Source of the DNA: Octopus bimaculoides
Taxonomy: Eukaryota
Direction: 5' to 3'
NCBI RefSeq assembly: GCF_001194135.2
Contig: NC_068981.1
Location: forward strand, 143,021,062-143,084,704
DNA: 63,643 nt
Every line of letters starts with the position of its first letter. Within the stretch, counting starts at the first letter, position 1. This document shows, piece after piece, positions 1 through 13,794 of the stretch. Under the pieces are notes generated by a model. It saw only the letters and a program-made list of their open reading frames with translations. It was not told where the DNA came from and made no database searches. Position numbers and translations under genes: made by a program.

Positions 1-2165
1 ATACAGAAAAGTTAATCCAATTTTTAAACATAAGATTGAAAGATGTAGATTTTTACAACCTTTCATTATTTTAGCAAAATGCGTGACTTTCTAACGAGAA
101 CTAATCCTCACTTCTTTTGTGCCCTTTCGCGAGTCCTAGATCCATTTGACAGAATCAATGAAAACAGACTCAAACAAGTGACAGCTTGAAATAAAAGGAG
201 GACAAGCATTGCTTTCCCACAAAGATTTGGGAGCGTATCTATGGCTAAACATCAAATTTCTTCGAGCATTTTACTTTACAATTGCAACTGAACAGGTTTA
301 CTTTTCAGAAAATCAGTAGAGCTTCCTTCCGATCACAATAACTTGACATTTCATCCAAGCTTTATGAACATTGCTTTATGATCCATTATTTTGAAATCTT
401 CGCGTCTCTAGCCACAATTATCCATCAAACGATTTTGACAGCATTGCCAAATGAACCACAATTTCTTCATGCACAGTAAAATTTATGGGTAGAGCGCCAT
501 CAACCATCTGTTCGAGTGAAGAGAAATCTGAGTGATGCTGCTGTTTCATTCTTTGATATACGAGAGGTAATTTTTCCTGAAAGGCATTCCAATTTTTATG
601 AGCCTTCAATACGTTTCGCATTTTTAAAGTAAAAAATACTCAGTTCACTCATAAATGTGTAAAGGCAACATTGTGGGTGAATGCCTGTCGTTCCAATACG
701 TCAAATAGGTCAAATTTAGACTCCTTCAGAAAACTATATTGCGGTCCAAAACAGAATTAATATTTTTCTTACCGTCAGCCGACAGATATGAAAAAAACTA
801 AGCCGAATTCTCCGTTTTTAGGTTTTCATACACTCATTTCAACCCCTCCTCTCTAATCCAGATGATTACCTACATGCATGAATCAAAGTTATTCGTGAAA
901 TTTCAAGGCAATATTTTTTCATGACAAACCATGCTAATGAGAAAACATCAGGTTATTTTCAAGTCTTGGATCTCACTTGTCATTATTGCAAATAACCAAA
1001 ATTTGTCTTTACGGATTATGGATGCCCTTTCAGTACAGAAAATATAAATGACATTTACATCTAACCCAAGCTTGGTGACAAAGTCTTACATTTGCTGCTT
1101 TATATATTATGTAGATTTGCTTCTTTTCAGACCGTCTCAAGCACTAAATATGTTTTCATTTTTATTATATCTCAATATCATATGATAGTTACAACTGGAA
1201 GCTTCCGATGGCTTGTCCAATTGAATAATGATTTTGGGGGGACAAATCTGATATTTCATTGAATTGGTGGAAAAAATCTTCACTTGAGTCCCTGATACGG
1301 TTGTACATGGCATTTATTATTTGATAAAGATTTTCATTGAATGTTATTTATTTTTCTATCCAGGATTAATTATTTCTATTGCTCATGTGTGTAGATTGAT
1401 GAATCCCTCTGCATTATTATGGAACTGCTTAGATTTGACCAACTTGAATTCCCGTTAGTAGAAAGTAACAAAAAAAAAAATATTTCTAAAGAGTACGAAA
1501 CAAAACTTGGAAGATATCAAGAGAGTAAAAACAAGTATTTTCATTTCATCTCCTGTTTGTTAGTTTTTTATATATTGAAGAATTAATCTACGAAATGGAA
1601 ACTTTGACACATTCTAGCATGAAACAATAAAAAAAAAATACAGCTCAAGTGATATATTTTTTTCAGGATTAAATACAAAGACAACAAACGAAAAATATGA
1701 CTTACCTGTATATATATATATAATTCCAAAATATATATAGTAAATAAACATACGAATATACACTAAATACGCACAGGAACAAAAATACGGAAGGTAACCA
1801 AATCCCCTTCAGTTGTAGGCCAGACGATCAAAGCATAATTTCGGCCATTATCGACAATACTGCTTCTACTCTATAGGCACCGGCAAGTAACTTACCGGCA
1901 ATGAGACGAAAACATAGCAAGACAAAACGAGACCGTTAGCAGACCAATGAAGGACAAAACTATAAACAGAATAAAGACATAGGGCCACACAAAAACAACA
2001 ATTAAAATGAAAATAATACATATACAGCAAAAAAGCGTTAGTGCAATAATTGCCAGACATCATGTTCTTCCCGATGCGAATATGGTGTCTGTCAGTCAGA
2101 TACGCACACTATTCTAACCATTCATTTTGCCCGTACTTTGCCTTATACAATTTTAGATTCCACTG
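1..2165 (-). mobile_element. hAT (Charlie/Buster-type) DNA transposon fossil with degraded transposase
   Basis: Minus-strand translation gives ZBED5/ZBED8-like motifs in the right order: RIRDSSEDFFHQFNEISDLSPKIIIQLDKPSEASSCNYHMILRY (~1290-1165, cf. IQLDESTD), FCTERAS (~1035, cf. CTDGA), H-x-L-S-x-K block (~940), and C-terminal LPNLCGKAMLVLL/SSCHLFESVF (~240-155, hAT dimerisation motif). There are many stops and frameshifts. The putative left end CAGTGGAATCTAAA (ends at 2165) is followed on + by gtctaggg, resembling the nTCTAGAn Charlie target. Confidence 0.8.
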
Positions 2166-3388
2166 GTCTAGGGCTTACTCATAAAAGATAAATGCGCTAT
2201 CAAACATTTCCACAGTTTCTCAAGTTGCCATTCATAGACAGTGCAGCTCCAGGTGTTCTCCCTCGTTAGCCTAGGAATCGACAGTTTCCTCTCATCCTAC
2301 GGTTTTAGCATTTACCTTGTCTCCTTACTCACGCATAATTGCCTTTCACTATGTCCTTCAGGTAAATTTTGGGAATTACGCAACATTTTTGATGAGGTGT
2401 ATATTCGTCACGTAGGGAAATATACGCAACAAAACTTAAGCTGCTATTCATACATCCATGCATTTTCCAATTATTCTAAAGTTATGTTTTCTATAATTCA
2501 GGCAGCGTGTCGATGTTTTAAGTCTCTATTCATTTCTTATTTTACTCCTTTTCATTTACTATTTCAACCACTCATGTGTAATCGCATTTATAATTCGTAA
2601 AATCCTCAAAAGTAGCAAAAATTATAGACTAATTTTGATTGCATTTGAATGAATATGAAATTTCCCTGACAAGCCTTTCTACTGCTTTGTTACAATTTCG
2701 TTGATTGTTTGAGAAAGTGCATGCAAATTAATTTCAGAATAATACCTCCAATATTTTATTAATGCCGTTTTGAATCACTAGTTTCAAATACATCATATTT
2801 ATAGGGCGTGAAGAAATAGAGTTAGATATTTTAATCTGCAACTTTCACTTTTTTTTTTTTTTGCTGTGCATGAAATATCTAAAGTTGTTTAAGCTCAAAC
2901 TATTATCCTCAGCTGGAGAGCAAGTCAAAAATATACTGAAGTTGCTAAAAATTTCAACAGCACCTAGAGCAATAATTACTGATATTATCTGTGAAAATAT
3001 AATGTCAAACTGACATGTCGTTCAGATCACAGTCTAAAGATCCGAAAGCAGTAGCACGAAGGCGCACTGATGAAACGTGAATGGAAGAAATTTGTGGCAT
3101 GAAATAACCTCAATATATTAAAAAAAAAAAGGAAACGTAATTTTGCAGCTTCTATCGTACTTTATATCTATACCTTAAATAATAGGTATATTACTCGCAA
3201 ATCCCGTGACAAGGTAAAAATTAGTTGTTTTTTTTTAATGCGTATATTGTTATTTTGGAAAATTAAGTATATGGAACATAAATAGAAATCTCGAAGACAT
3301 TTACAAATATATTTTTTATTTCTGTACACATTAATGNNNNNNNNNNACAAAATCTGAGAACTCGAAAGAGAGATAGCTATTCTTTTAA

Positions 3389-3725
3389 TCTTTTACTTGT
3401 TTCAGTCATTTGACTGCGGCCATGCTGAAGCACCGCCTGCCGAACCACCAGGTTACGGGGACGAAAACACTCCACCATCGGTTGTCAAGCGATGGTGGGG
3501 GACAAACACAGACACACAAACATATACACGCACATGCATATATATGTATATATATATATATATATNNNNNNNNNNTATATATATACGTCGGACTTCCTTC
3601 AGTTTCAGTCTATCGGCCTGAGGCTATAGTAGAAGACACATGCCCAAGGTGCCACGCAGTGGGAATGAACTCGGAACCATGTGATTGGTAAGCAAGCTAC
3701 TTACCACATAGCCACTCATGCGCCT
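3389..3725 (-). mobile_element. tRNA-derived SINE, family A (internal TA microsatellite)
   Basis: Reverse complement has A box TGGCTATGTGG and B box GAGTTCATTCC, then CACCTTGGGCATGTGTCTTCTACTATAGCC. Homologous to the copies at 47073-47520 and 52065-52513. Confidence 0.85.
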
Positions 3726-3869
3726 AGGCCCGACTTACATAGAGTACAAGTGATATAAAAAAAATTAATATTCAGGCCTTATCTGTATAGTAGAAACGAT
3801 TATTATTAATATTATGATTTCACTATTTTCTTTTCTTTCATCTTCTTATTTTTTTTTATCATCATCATC

Positions 3870-3888
3870 GCTACTACTACTACTATTG

Positions 3889-3941
<53 letters not shown>

Positions 3942-3967
3942 GCTACTACTACTACTACTACTACTAC
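3870..3967. repeat. (CTA)n microsatellite
   Basis: Near-perfect CTA run; explains the poly-Val ORF 3812..4042. Confidence 0.95.
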
Positions 3968-5470
3968 TCTCTTCATATAGGCTGTGAGAATTATACGACG
4001 CCATTTACAGTTCCTATGTTTTCCATTTTCAGGCTTCTTCACATGTCAACTATTATATATATAATATGCTGATTACATTTCTGTTTTCAGAAGTATCTGT
4101 GTATCATTACAGTTCTACCAATGGAAATTGGCACGAACGTCATATTTGCTTCTTACATGCTATAATGCATTTAATGCGATATCTAAGTCAGTAGCATTTT
4201 ATGTCATTTATGCTTATTTATGTACCAAATTATATACGTTCAGTATATCCATATCCATAATTAACATTCGATTATCATGTTTATCACAAACAATGCCTAG
4301 CTTTCTGTATGCTAAATGATGGTCCATGTGGCTATTAGATTTTTATCGAATATTTCCGTTGTTACATTCTTAGATAGTACTGAATATTCACGAAATTGTT
4401 TGTTAATAGTAAATTGAACTATTGTTACGGCTGCAAGTATATTTAGTAGTTACTAATTAATGCTGGCATCCTATCATGACACCGTTTAATATTGTATAAA
4501 GTGCTCAGTTGGTAGTTGTAGTCTACATTAGAGGGAACGATCATATGGAGAAGACTTTACATGATCGCTGGATCTGATAGAAACAGTATCCAAATTCATC
4601 TCAAATCATATGCCTGCAACGTATACATATAGACTAATAAGATAATTAATCCAAGATACCTTAATATGATGAGAAGTGATGATTAGGTTTGATTGTATAA
4701 GCCTACTCAGTCAGATCTGATCTGGGGTTAAATAGCAGCAATAATAAGAATGTAAGAAACTGGGATAAGACGAGTAGATTTAACTGTCTCCTTCGAATAT
4801 AAATGCTGTTTCTCCATCTCCCTTATCTCTTCAATATTGTTTATACTGGTTAGTTTTATGTTTGATATAGATTATTTCTTACAGTTATATATGTGTATAA
4901 AATTTCTTTGGGGAGACAAAAGTCAAATCTATGTTACGATCGCTTCTGTAAACGAAAATTGTTTATTCCGTACCATATACAAATTTATGCTATACCTGCA
5001 AAATATGTGGCGTTTCATATCAGAGTTTCTTAGAAAGTAAATCAAGTGTAACGTTATTACATATGTCACCAATATTACATGTATCCCATGGATTTATGTG
5101 TAGTATGGAATAAACAACGTTCGCTTAGCGAAACGTTAATGAGGTCTATTTCACTTTTCTTTCCCACAATCAAATAAATTATGTTTCGCTTTGTGAGGCT
5201 CATAACATATCTATAGATAATACTTTGGAATCGCCAAGTGTTCCATTTTATCATATGGTGACGTATAACCGATCTTCCATTGGTAATTATGACGCTAGGT
5301 AAGACATATCCCTGCTCAATCGGGTTACATCTTCAAATTTTACTTTTAATTCAATTAACTATACTGCTCAAATAGTTATTTAAGATGACCGACAGTGTTA
5401 GATTAAGAGAAAAATTTCAAGACGTACCAATCGCCATATGCTTTGTAATAGTTTTAGATTTACACATCCG

Positions 5471-5516
<46 letters not shown>

Positions 5517-5683
5517 TTAGTAATGTGTATCGCCACTCCAACACGGCTCTTCTGTAGGAACCGATGTTACTCCCATTTTAACCCAAGCAGCGCGCTTTGT
5601 CTAGCTGGTTATTCTTTGTAATCTGGAGCCGATACATATAGCAAGCAGAGAAGTGAACCCCTGCCATCTTCCAACCACGAGAT

Positions 5684-5730
5684 CATCAGACTGTACAGTT
5701 TCGGGCTCTTTGAGCTCACCCTCTCTGATG
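5684..5730 (-). ncRNA. degenerate hammerhead-ribozyme-like motif (second family)
   Basis: Minus strand CATCA-gagagggtga-GCTC-aaa-GAGC-cc-GAAA-CTG-ta-CAG-TC-TGATG: stem I CATCA/TGATG, stem II hairpin, GAAA, palindromic stem III ACTGTACAGT, GUC triplet. The CUGANGA box is corrupted. Confidence 0.4.
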
Positions 5731-7249
5731 GATATTCATCCGATAGAGATTGCAGTAGTTCACTCCAGCTCGCAATATATAGAAAATAAGTGACAATCAG
5801 TCACTGATCTTGCAACAAGTAAATTAACTACTTAGAAAAACTCTATAAGAGATGAAAGCAGTACCTATACTGAGAAGTAATATGTATCACCATTTCAACA
5901 CAGCTGTTCTGTAGATTATTTTATACTGGAAATTACTGAAAACTTAACACTGATGAAATATGCCATTTATAGTTGTTTATTGCCGAAATCGGAAGAACAT
6001 CGAGGACTCTGAACGATGCTTTGCATATTATTTTATTAATAGCTCTGTTGAAAAGAAATGTGTGTCTAAATTTGGCTTCTCAGTAACAAATCAAATGGTT
6101 TACTATTCAGAATCTTTTCGTATTTTTACTCATGATCGACTAATAACACTTCATATTCTAAATTATTACAAATATACATATATATTGCTAATGAATTATT
6201 ATCATCTGGTTATCATAACTACAATTCATAGAACTGAAAGACATAATTCGGATCTGCAAATTATTTTCTATGATAATTTTCCATGAGTAATATACGTGTA
6301 GAGAGATTTTAATGCATGCATGCCTTGTCTTAATTTCGGACGAACATGTGTCTTCTGACAAACATAGCATTATAAAATATTAACTAAAATATAAATTTGC
6401 TCTTTTCCGTGTGTAATAATTTTGTTGCCCCTTTACAAATATTTTATTCTAACACGAAAACTATAAAAACAACTAGTTAGTAATATCCGAGATCAGGTCT
6501 CTGCTTAATTATCTAATGATTATTTCACAGTTTTCCCATTTTTTCAAGCAATGAGAATGTTGATGGGATAATAATTTGATATGTTCCAGTGTTTAAATGG
6601 CTATGATACACTAGTAAGACATAAACTGTGGAATAGTCACAAGTAAGGGTCATTTTGAGATTATTTTGAAGCATTTGAGATATTAAAGACATACTAATCT
6701 TCAGCATGATCGCTACACGATATTTTAGATAAAATGATTTCATATACAAAGCATTGTATATAGTATCATATCAAGTTTTCTGTAAACAAAGAGCTGGTTT
6801 CTAAGAAAGACACAATGTTCCGTAGTTTGAATGTCGATAGCAAAATCTATGTCATATTTTAAACTTGAGAAACATCATGAATACTTTTACTTTTCCGCTT
6901 ACAAACTGTATTTGTAATGAGCATGTTAGCTGGTTGATGTTTCCTTCTGAAGATCCAAGATTTACTTGTCACTTATGCTCCTTGCAAACCTTTATGAATG
7001 ATCCCTTAGGATATCCATGATCAAGAAACTAACTACACCAATTATTGATAAACTTGTAAAACTACTATCTGTGTATGACAGATTCAGGTTTCGTAGCAGT
7101 TTTCCATAGTTGTACATTTATTTGTGAATTCCGAAGATATGTGCTAACATCAGTATTGCAACTTAACTCTGACTGTGCTTATTTTTTTCTTGTTTCTCCT
7201 AACACACAATATCTAGCATGTTATGATTGCCTACGCATACATGAGTGCA

Positions 7250-7375
7250 TGTATGTATGTATGTATGTATGTATGTATGTATGTATGTATGTATGTATGT
7301 AGGTAGGTACGTAGGTAGGTACGTAGGTAGGTAGGTACGTAGGTAGGTAGGTACGTACGTACGTACGTAGAAATG
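7250..7375. repeat. (GTAT)n/(GTAG)n compound microsatellite
   Basis: Direct reading. Confidence 0.9.
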
Positions 7376-7559
7376 CATGTATGTATTATGCAGTTATGTA
7401 GGTAGGTATGAATATAAATATGTTTATATATGTATGCATATAGATATATCTATATGTTTGTTTGTGTGTGCATGTACGTGAGTGCATGTGTTTGCGTGTG
7501 TGTGTGAGTATGTGATTACAAGTCATTCAAGAGTCTGGATTAACATTACTTTATTCCGT

Positions 7560-8230
7560 ATTTAACTGGGTAGAAGCGAAAAATGCATATAAAGACGAAC
7601 ACATGAAGAGTACTGGGTATTAAAAGAGATCAGAGAATCGGTTGTTGGTAGATGGGCGCATATTTGCGAGACTGCCAAAAATCCGTCTCTACTTTAAGTT
7701 ATTTCAATCACGAACGAAGTAGATTCTATATGATGATGCGAGGAAAACAAAGGGGTAAATGTAGTGGAGTAGACGTTTTCTCATCTCAGTAACATAGATC
7801 CCATTGAACTCGAAAGATCGACAGTTATGAGAGTCACCACTAGGAATGTGAAGTTGCAAGCTGGAAGGCAGAACATAGTACACTGTAAGCAGTATGAAGC
7901 CATTTTTGTTGCTTCTTGGCCTAACTCAATGTAAAGAGAAAACCACCATAGGCGACATCAAGTCTACAGTAAAGAGCGCGAATCACTGGATATTGATTGA
8001 AACCTAGTAAGTAGTTGATTGAAACCTAGTAAGTAGTTGATCTTGCAAGTGGAGGCTCATCACAGTTTGGGGTGCCGGAGCACCATAATAATATCGAGGG
8101 GAAAGCTACGAAAAGGTACGCATTCTTTTCTGATGACACTATAAATGTGCAATTTCCTCTACAAATTCTTTGTAGATGATTTAAGCGAGATTTCAGACAC
8201 GTAATTCCCGTTCCCAATTGAAAAAATTAG
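7560..8230 (-). mobile_element. possible highly decayed CR1/Jockey-type LINE 3' remnant
   Basis: Weak resemblance of minus-strand frames (LKSRLNHLQRI, ALYCRLDVAYG, FQLATSHS) to the post-RT region of CR1-group ORF2. Many stops. Confidence 0.25.
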
Positions 8231-8975
8231 TTCCAAGACTCTTCAGTCATTTATGTATCATGCTAGCTTATACGTCTACGTTCGTATATCAGTGTATATC
8301 TCCATGTTTGTGAATATGCGTGTGTGCAACTTGAGAGTGGATTACGTAGACCAAAACTGAGAGAAAACCGTCGTATATATGTGTATTGTGTGCGTGTATG
8401 TGTGTGTTTGTGTGCATGTTTCATCAGGTCTGTGCATGTGTATGTAAGTATGTATGCATGTGCGCCTGTGTTTCTTTGTTTCTCTCGCACCAGTGATTGG
8501 CAACCGGTGTTGCTTTGTTTAAGTCCCTGAAAAGACAAAATAAACCATTCCCATGTCCAAAGCGTGTGTGTGTGAGTGTGTGCGCGCGCGTATATATAAA
8601 TATATATATNNNNNNNNNNNNNNNNNNNNNNNNNNNNNNNNNNNNNNNNNNNNNNNNNNNNNNNNNNNNNNNNNNNNNNNNNNNNNNNNNNNNNNNNNNN
8701 NNNNNNNNNNNNNNNNNNNNNNNNNNNNNNNNNNNNNNNNNNNNNNNNNNNNNNNNNNNNNNNNNNNNNNNNNNNNNNNNNNNNNNNNNNNNNNNNNNNN
8801 NNNNNNNNNNNNNNNNNNNNNNNNNNNNNNNNNNNNNNNNNNNNNNNNNNNNNNNNNNNNNNNNNNNNNNNNNNNNNNNNNNNNNNNNNNNNNNNNNNNN
8901 NNNNNNNNNNNNNNNNNNNNNNNNNNNNNNNNNNNNNNNNNNNNNNNNNNNNNNNNNNNNNNNNNNNNNNNNNNN

Positions 8976-9053
<78 letters not shown>

Positions 9054-10049
9054 TAATATTTATCTTTCCTTGTGGACATGCGTGTGTGCATATGAGTGTG
9101 TAGTTGTGATCTGCAGAGGCGGCACATATCTATTATTGAATTCGACCGTATTTACTTGAATTTACAATATGAGTTGTAGATAAACGTAATGAGAAACCAT
9201 AAGGAAAGAAAACTCGCGAAGATAAGGACCTGAACAATGGATGCATAACAATGATTGATGCAGGTATAGTAAAAAGTGCAGATTATTTGAAATAATAATA
9301 ACAAATAGAATGTGAAATATTTTGGAAATCCAAGGCTGAGAAATCCAGCACAACTGCTAAAGTATAAGCAGGGAGATAGAATGCTGCGAAAATATTCATA
9401 TTTGTTTAACCTTTTCATGATTAAATTCTCGTCTAAACCAGACAATTCGAATGAGTGCGTGCGTAGTCTTGTATATATATTATATATATCCTTATATGCA
9501 TACATATATCTATACACATGTATATATATATATATATATGAATGTGCCTATGTGCTCATGGAAGGCTTTGAAATTATACCAACAACACTCACTCGGGTCT
9601 TTTCATAAAGTACATCACTGTATAATTGTATAATATATTCGTTTCGCCAAAAGTATAAGCCATCTTCTATCAGTGAATATATGAGAACCGAAACCAGATG
9701 TTTTTTTTTTTTTTTAATGATGTTTTCAACCGAAAATAAATGAACACGAACCGAACAGAGAGAAGCATATTGCCTTGTTGCTGTCAGTTTGTTTGCATAG
9801 TGATTTCATTGAGGAATATATCGATAAAATTAGATGCAATTTCAGTTATCGAACCTTAATAACTGAAACAAGTACATTGTGCCAAAGATAAGGGCGAACA
9901 ATGAAGGCCACACATAATATATATGCTTCTTTAGGAAAGGGTGGGAGCAGACATGCATGAATACTCCCCAACCTAGGTAATCATTGACTGACGTGTTTCG
10001 AATTGTTTCATAGGTGTTTTTCTTTCGAAATGCCATTATATAACTCTAC

Positions 10050-10114
<65 letters not shown>

Positions 10115-10319
10115 ACTCGTTTACTTTCGCCTTATTCATACACAAACGCGTACATATACACATACACACGCAGTCATATATACTAGCAAATAAAGGAGAT
10201 CACATGACTGCTATTCTGAAATCACTGATTAATGGATATTACGCTCTATAGTATTATAACGTTTTACCCTAACGCAGTATACACATGTCTATTGAGTTCT
10301 AATAGCTGGTTAGTATATA

Positions 10320-11489
10320 CAGAGCAACCTGTTCTCGACCATATTTGTTCTGAAAATCTTTTCTGAAACCGGATTGTTCGTGAACCGAATTATTTGATGT
10401 AAAAGTGATTAAGTCGTTTTCAAGCACCAGATGAATGCTTATTTACATGTTTACACAATATGTTTAAGCATAAAAATGTTTATTTAAACTGTAAATAATA
10501 CACACAAGTTTGATATGTCTTAGAAGGAGAGTTCCCTTTCATAAAAACTGCTGGTAACTGTCTTTTGGGGGTTTCTTTCCTTCTATGTCTCTTTGGCTCA
10601 GGTATATCTTTTTCTGGGGTTTCTTTTCTTTTTTCTGTCAGTAAAAACCTATCCAAGTTAGTTGTTTTTGCAATGTTAGTTGCGTTGTAAAATCGTTCTA
10701 AAATGAGACATGAGATTGTCATTGAAAAGGTTTACTGTTGTATTTGCTACCATTGTATCAGGGTGATATTTTTCCACAAAACTTTGTACATCACCCCATT
10801 TAGCACAAATTTCTTTGAACTTGGACTATGCTCCTTTCCTTGCTCCTCTTCAGAAGATATTTCCTCAACCAAAGTATTTTGATGTTCATTTTGAAGTTGT
10901 ACGAGCTCTTCAGTGGCAAGCTCAGCACGGTGGTCTTCCACCAGCTCTTCAATATCTTCACTGTCGACACGCGAGCCCATAGTTGTTTCCCATAGAGACA
11001 ACATTATCAACAATAGCAATGTCCTCAACTGCAACAGTAACTCCTCAGAGTCACGTTCTAGTACACAGTCTGGTCAAAGTTTCCTCCATACTGAATTCAT
11101 GGTTCAGTAACTCACTTGGTTCCATGCATTAACAATAAGATAAGCACAATTCAGGATACTGAAATGATTTTTCCAAAATTCTCTGAGAAAATACTTTGGA
11201 AACAGGGCTTTTGTGTAGAGTTTTTTAAAGTTTGCAACGACCTGTTGGAGCATTAGTTGTACTAGGCTGTATTGGTTGTGTTAGGTGGCAGGTATTTGGC
11301 CTAAATATAATCAAACTCTTCAACTATGTCATCCTCCACACCTGGAAGGAAGGTGAGCATGAGCATTGTCTAACATGAGAAGGTATTTTAGAGGCAAGTT
11401 TTTTTTTCTTGGAAAAGGCATTTTCCTCTCGAATATACTTTGAAAACCGATTTGCTCAACATGTGAGACGTTCGAGAACGAAGATTGCT
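10320..11489 (-). mobile_element. Tigger/pogo DNA transposon, 3' half with terminal inverted repeat
   Basis: Minus frames KNLPLKYLLMLDNAHAH (DDE_1 second Asp), QQVVANFKKLYTKALF, DSEDIEELVEDHRAELATEELVQLQ, KTTNLDRFL...FMKGNSPSK. The end is TA|CAGAGCAACC at 10318-10329. The 5' half runs into the N gap at 11500. Confidence 0.85.
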
Positions 11490-12455
11490 GTGTATATATN
11501 NNNNNNNNNNNNNNNNNNNNNNNNNNNNNNNNNNNNNNNNNNNNNNNNNNNNNNNNNNNNNNNNNNNNNNNNNNNNNNNNNNNNNNNNNNNNNNNNNNNN
11601 NNNNNNNNNNNNNNNNNNNNNNNNNNNNNNNNNNNNNNNNNNNNNNNNNNNNNNNNNNNNNNNNNNNNNNNNNNNNNNNNNNNNNNNNNNNNNNNNNNNN
11701 NNNNNNNNNNNNNNNNNNNNNNNNNNNNNNNNNNNNNNNNNNNNNNNNNNNNNNNNNNNNNNNNNNNNNNNNNNNNNNNNNNNNNNNNNNNNNNNNNNNN
11801 NNNNNNNNNNNNNNNNNNNNNNNNNNNNNNNNNNNNNNNNNNNNNNNNNNNNNNNNNNNNNNNNNNNNNNNNNNNNNNNNNNNNNNNNNNNNNNNNNNNN
11901 NNNNNNNNNNNNNNNNNNNNNNNNNNNNNNNNNNNNNNNNNNNNNNNNNNNNNNNNNNNNNNNNNNNNNNNNNNNNNNNNNNNNNNNNNNNNNNNNNNNN
12001 NNNNNNNNNNNNNNNNNNNNNNNNNNNNNNNNNNNNNNNNNNNNNNNNNNNNNNNNNNNNNNNNNNNNNNNNNNNNNNNNNNNNNNNNNNNNNNNNNNNN
12101 NNNNNNNNNNNNNNNNNNNNNNNNNNNNNNNNNNNNNNNNNNNNNNNNNNNNNNNNNNNNNNNNNNNNNNNNNNNNNNNNNNNNNNNNNNNNNNNNNNNN
12201 NNNNNNNNNNNNNNNNNNNNNNNNNNNNNNNNNNNNNNNNNNNNNNNNNNNNNNNNNNNNNNNNNNNNNNNNNNNNNNNNNNNNNNNNNNNNNNNNNNNN
12301 NNNNNNNNNNNNNNNNNNNNNNNNNNNNNNNNNNNNNNNNNNNNNNNNNNNNNNNNNNNNNNNNNNNNNNNNNNNNNNNNNNNNNNNNNNNNNNNNNNNN
12401 NNNNNNNNNNNNNNNNNNNNNNNNNNNNNNNNNNNNNNNNNNNNNNNNNNNNNNN

Positions 12456-12525
<70 letters not shown>

Positions 12526-12532
12526 CACACAC

Positions 12533-12672
12533 ACTGGTACGTTATTTTATTGACCCCGAAACGACGAAAAGCAAAGACGATTTCGATAGAATTTGAACTC
12601 AGTACATAAAGACGGAGAGAATGACGATAAACAGTTTGACCGGCATGCTAACTGTTGTACCAACCGCCTTTG
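12533..12672 (-). mobile_element. SINE family B, decayed copy
   Basis: Reverse complement aligns to the 46043-46240 and 59314-59460 copies (GTTCAAATTC B box, TCGGGGTCAATAAAATAACGTACCAGT). Confidence 0.65.
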
Positions 12673-13310
12673 TCTGCTGAAATATTATTCAACTGCACAG
12701 CTTTGCCGTCCCACTACAAATGAAAAATAATATGTAGAGAATCTGGAGGATATCGTAACTCACCTGTAATCGGCTTGCCTTTTAAGTGAGCAAAATTACT
12801 GACTGTAAATAAAACATGGAGGAGCATCACATAGTATGCCACTCTACTGCATTCCGTAAGACAATGTATTTATCTGGTCACTTGCTAATTGGATTTCCAC
12901 TAAATATTCAACACAATATGAGAGTTTCATAACTGAATTGAAAGCGACTTTATTGCCTCCAAAATTCCAATACATTCTACTTTTACGAGGAAACGAGTAT
13001 CTCTATCAACCATTTATAATTCTTTTGGTCACCATTCCTCACCATTCTTCACCATTCCTGAAATGACCCCATTTGTAGCAAACGATATTTCTCTCTATTA
13101 ATTAATGACCCATCGCTCCTGTCTCGAAGACATTCAACGGAAAAAACAATTACCTAGATAAAAGTAATTAACCACCCTACCTCCTTAAATAGCGCTTTTT
13201 TCTCAGATACTCTTTGTATGATTTCTAAGATCTCAATTTACTGGGGACATTTTTCTTTCAATAGGGATCTCTTGTCCGTGGAAACCTCAGGGAAAACTCT
13301 CTGTTTCTGG

Positions 13311-13345
13311 TACAGTAAACTCTCGGATTAACCGATCGTATTTTG
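13311..13345 (+). mobile_element. isolated Tigger/pogo-like terminus
   Basis: TA|CAGTAAACTCTCGGATTAACCG resembles pogo-family TIR starts. No matching inverted end was found. Confidence 0.3.
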
Positions 13346-13747
13346 GTTGACACGGTTGGTCTCAAGTTGTGTTACAATATTCTTGCACTAATATAACATT
13401 ACTACATGTATGCTGCATTTACTTTAGTCCACATCCTTTTGAGCGCCGTGTATGCTATTGCCACCAGTACATTAACGCCGTGCCTGCTATTGCCCCCAAC
13501 TACTCGCTGTCCTATCCAGAAGAAAGCAATAATTATTGCTTGTAAATCCGCATACATAGAAGCCATCAGCATCCTACTTAAACAGCTTCATGTCAAACGT
13601 GCATTGGCTCTGTGACCAGAAACCTCTGATCAAAGAGACATGAATGTCTTGTTTCTTGCAAAGGGAACATAACATGTAAACAGCATAAATGCACCCACAA
13701 ACGCGCACACATGCACATGCACACGCACGCACACCCACACATACACA

Positions 13748-13794
<47 letters not shown>

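Noticed and set aside
11329-12609. Long ORFs of 350-400 aa (also at 8.5, 18, 22, 36, 42.7 and 49.5 kb)
   Set aside because: They are open only because they cross N gaps and TA/TG repeats.
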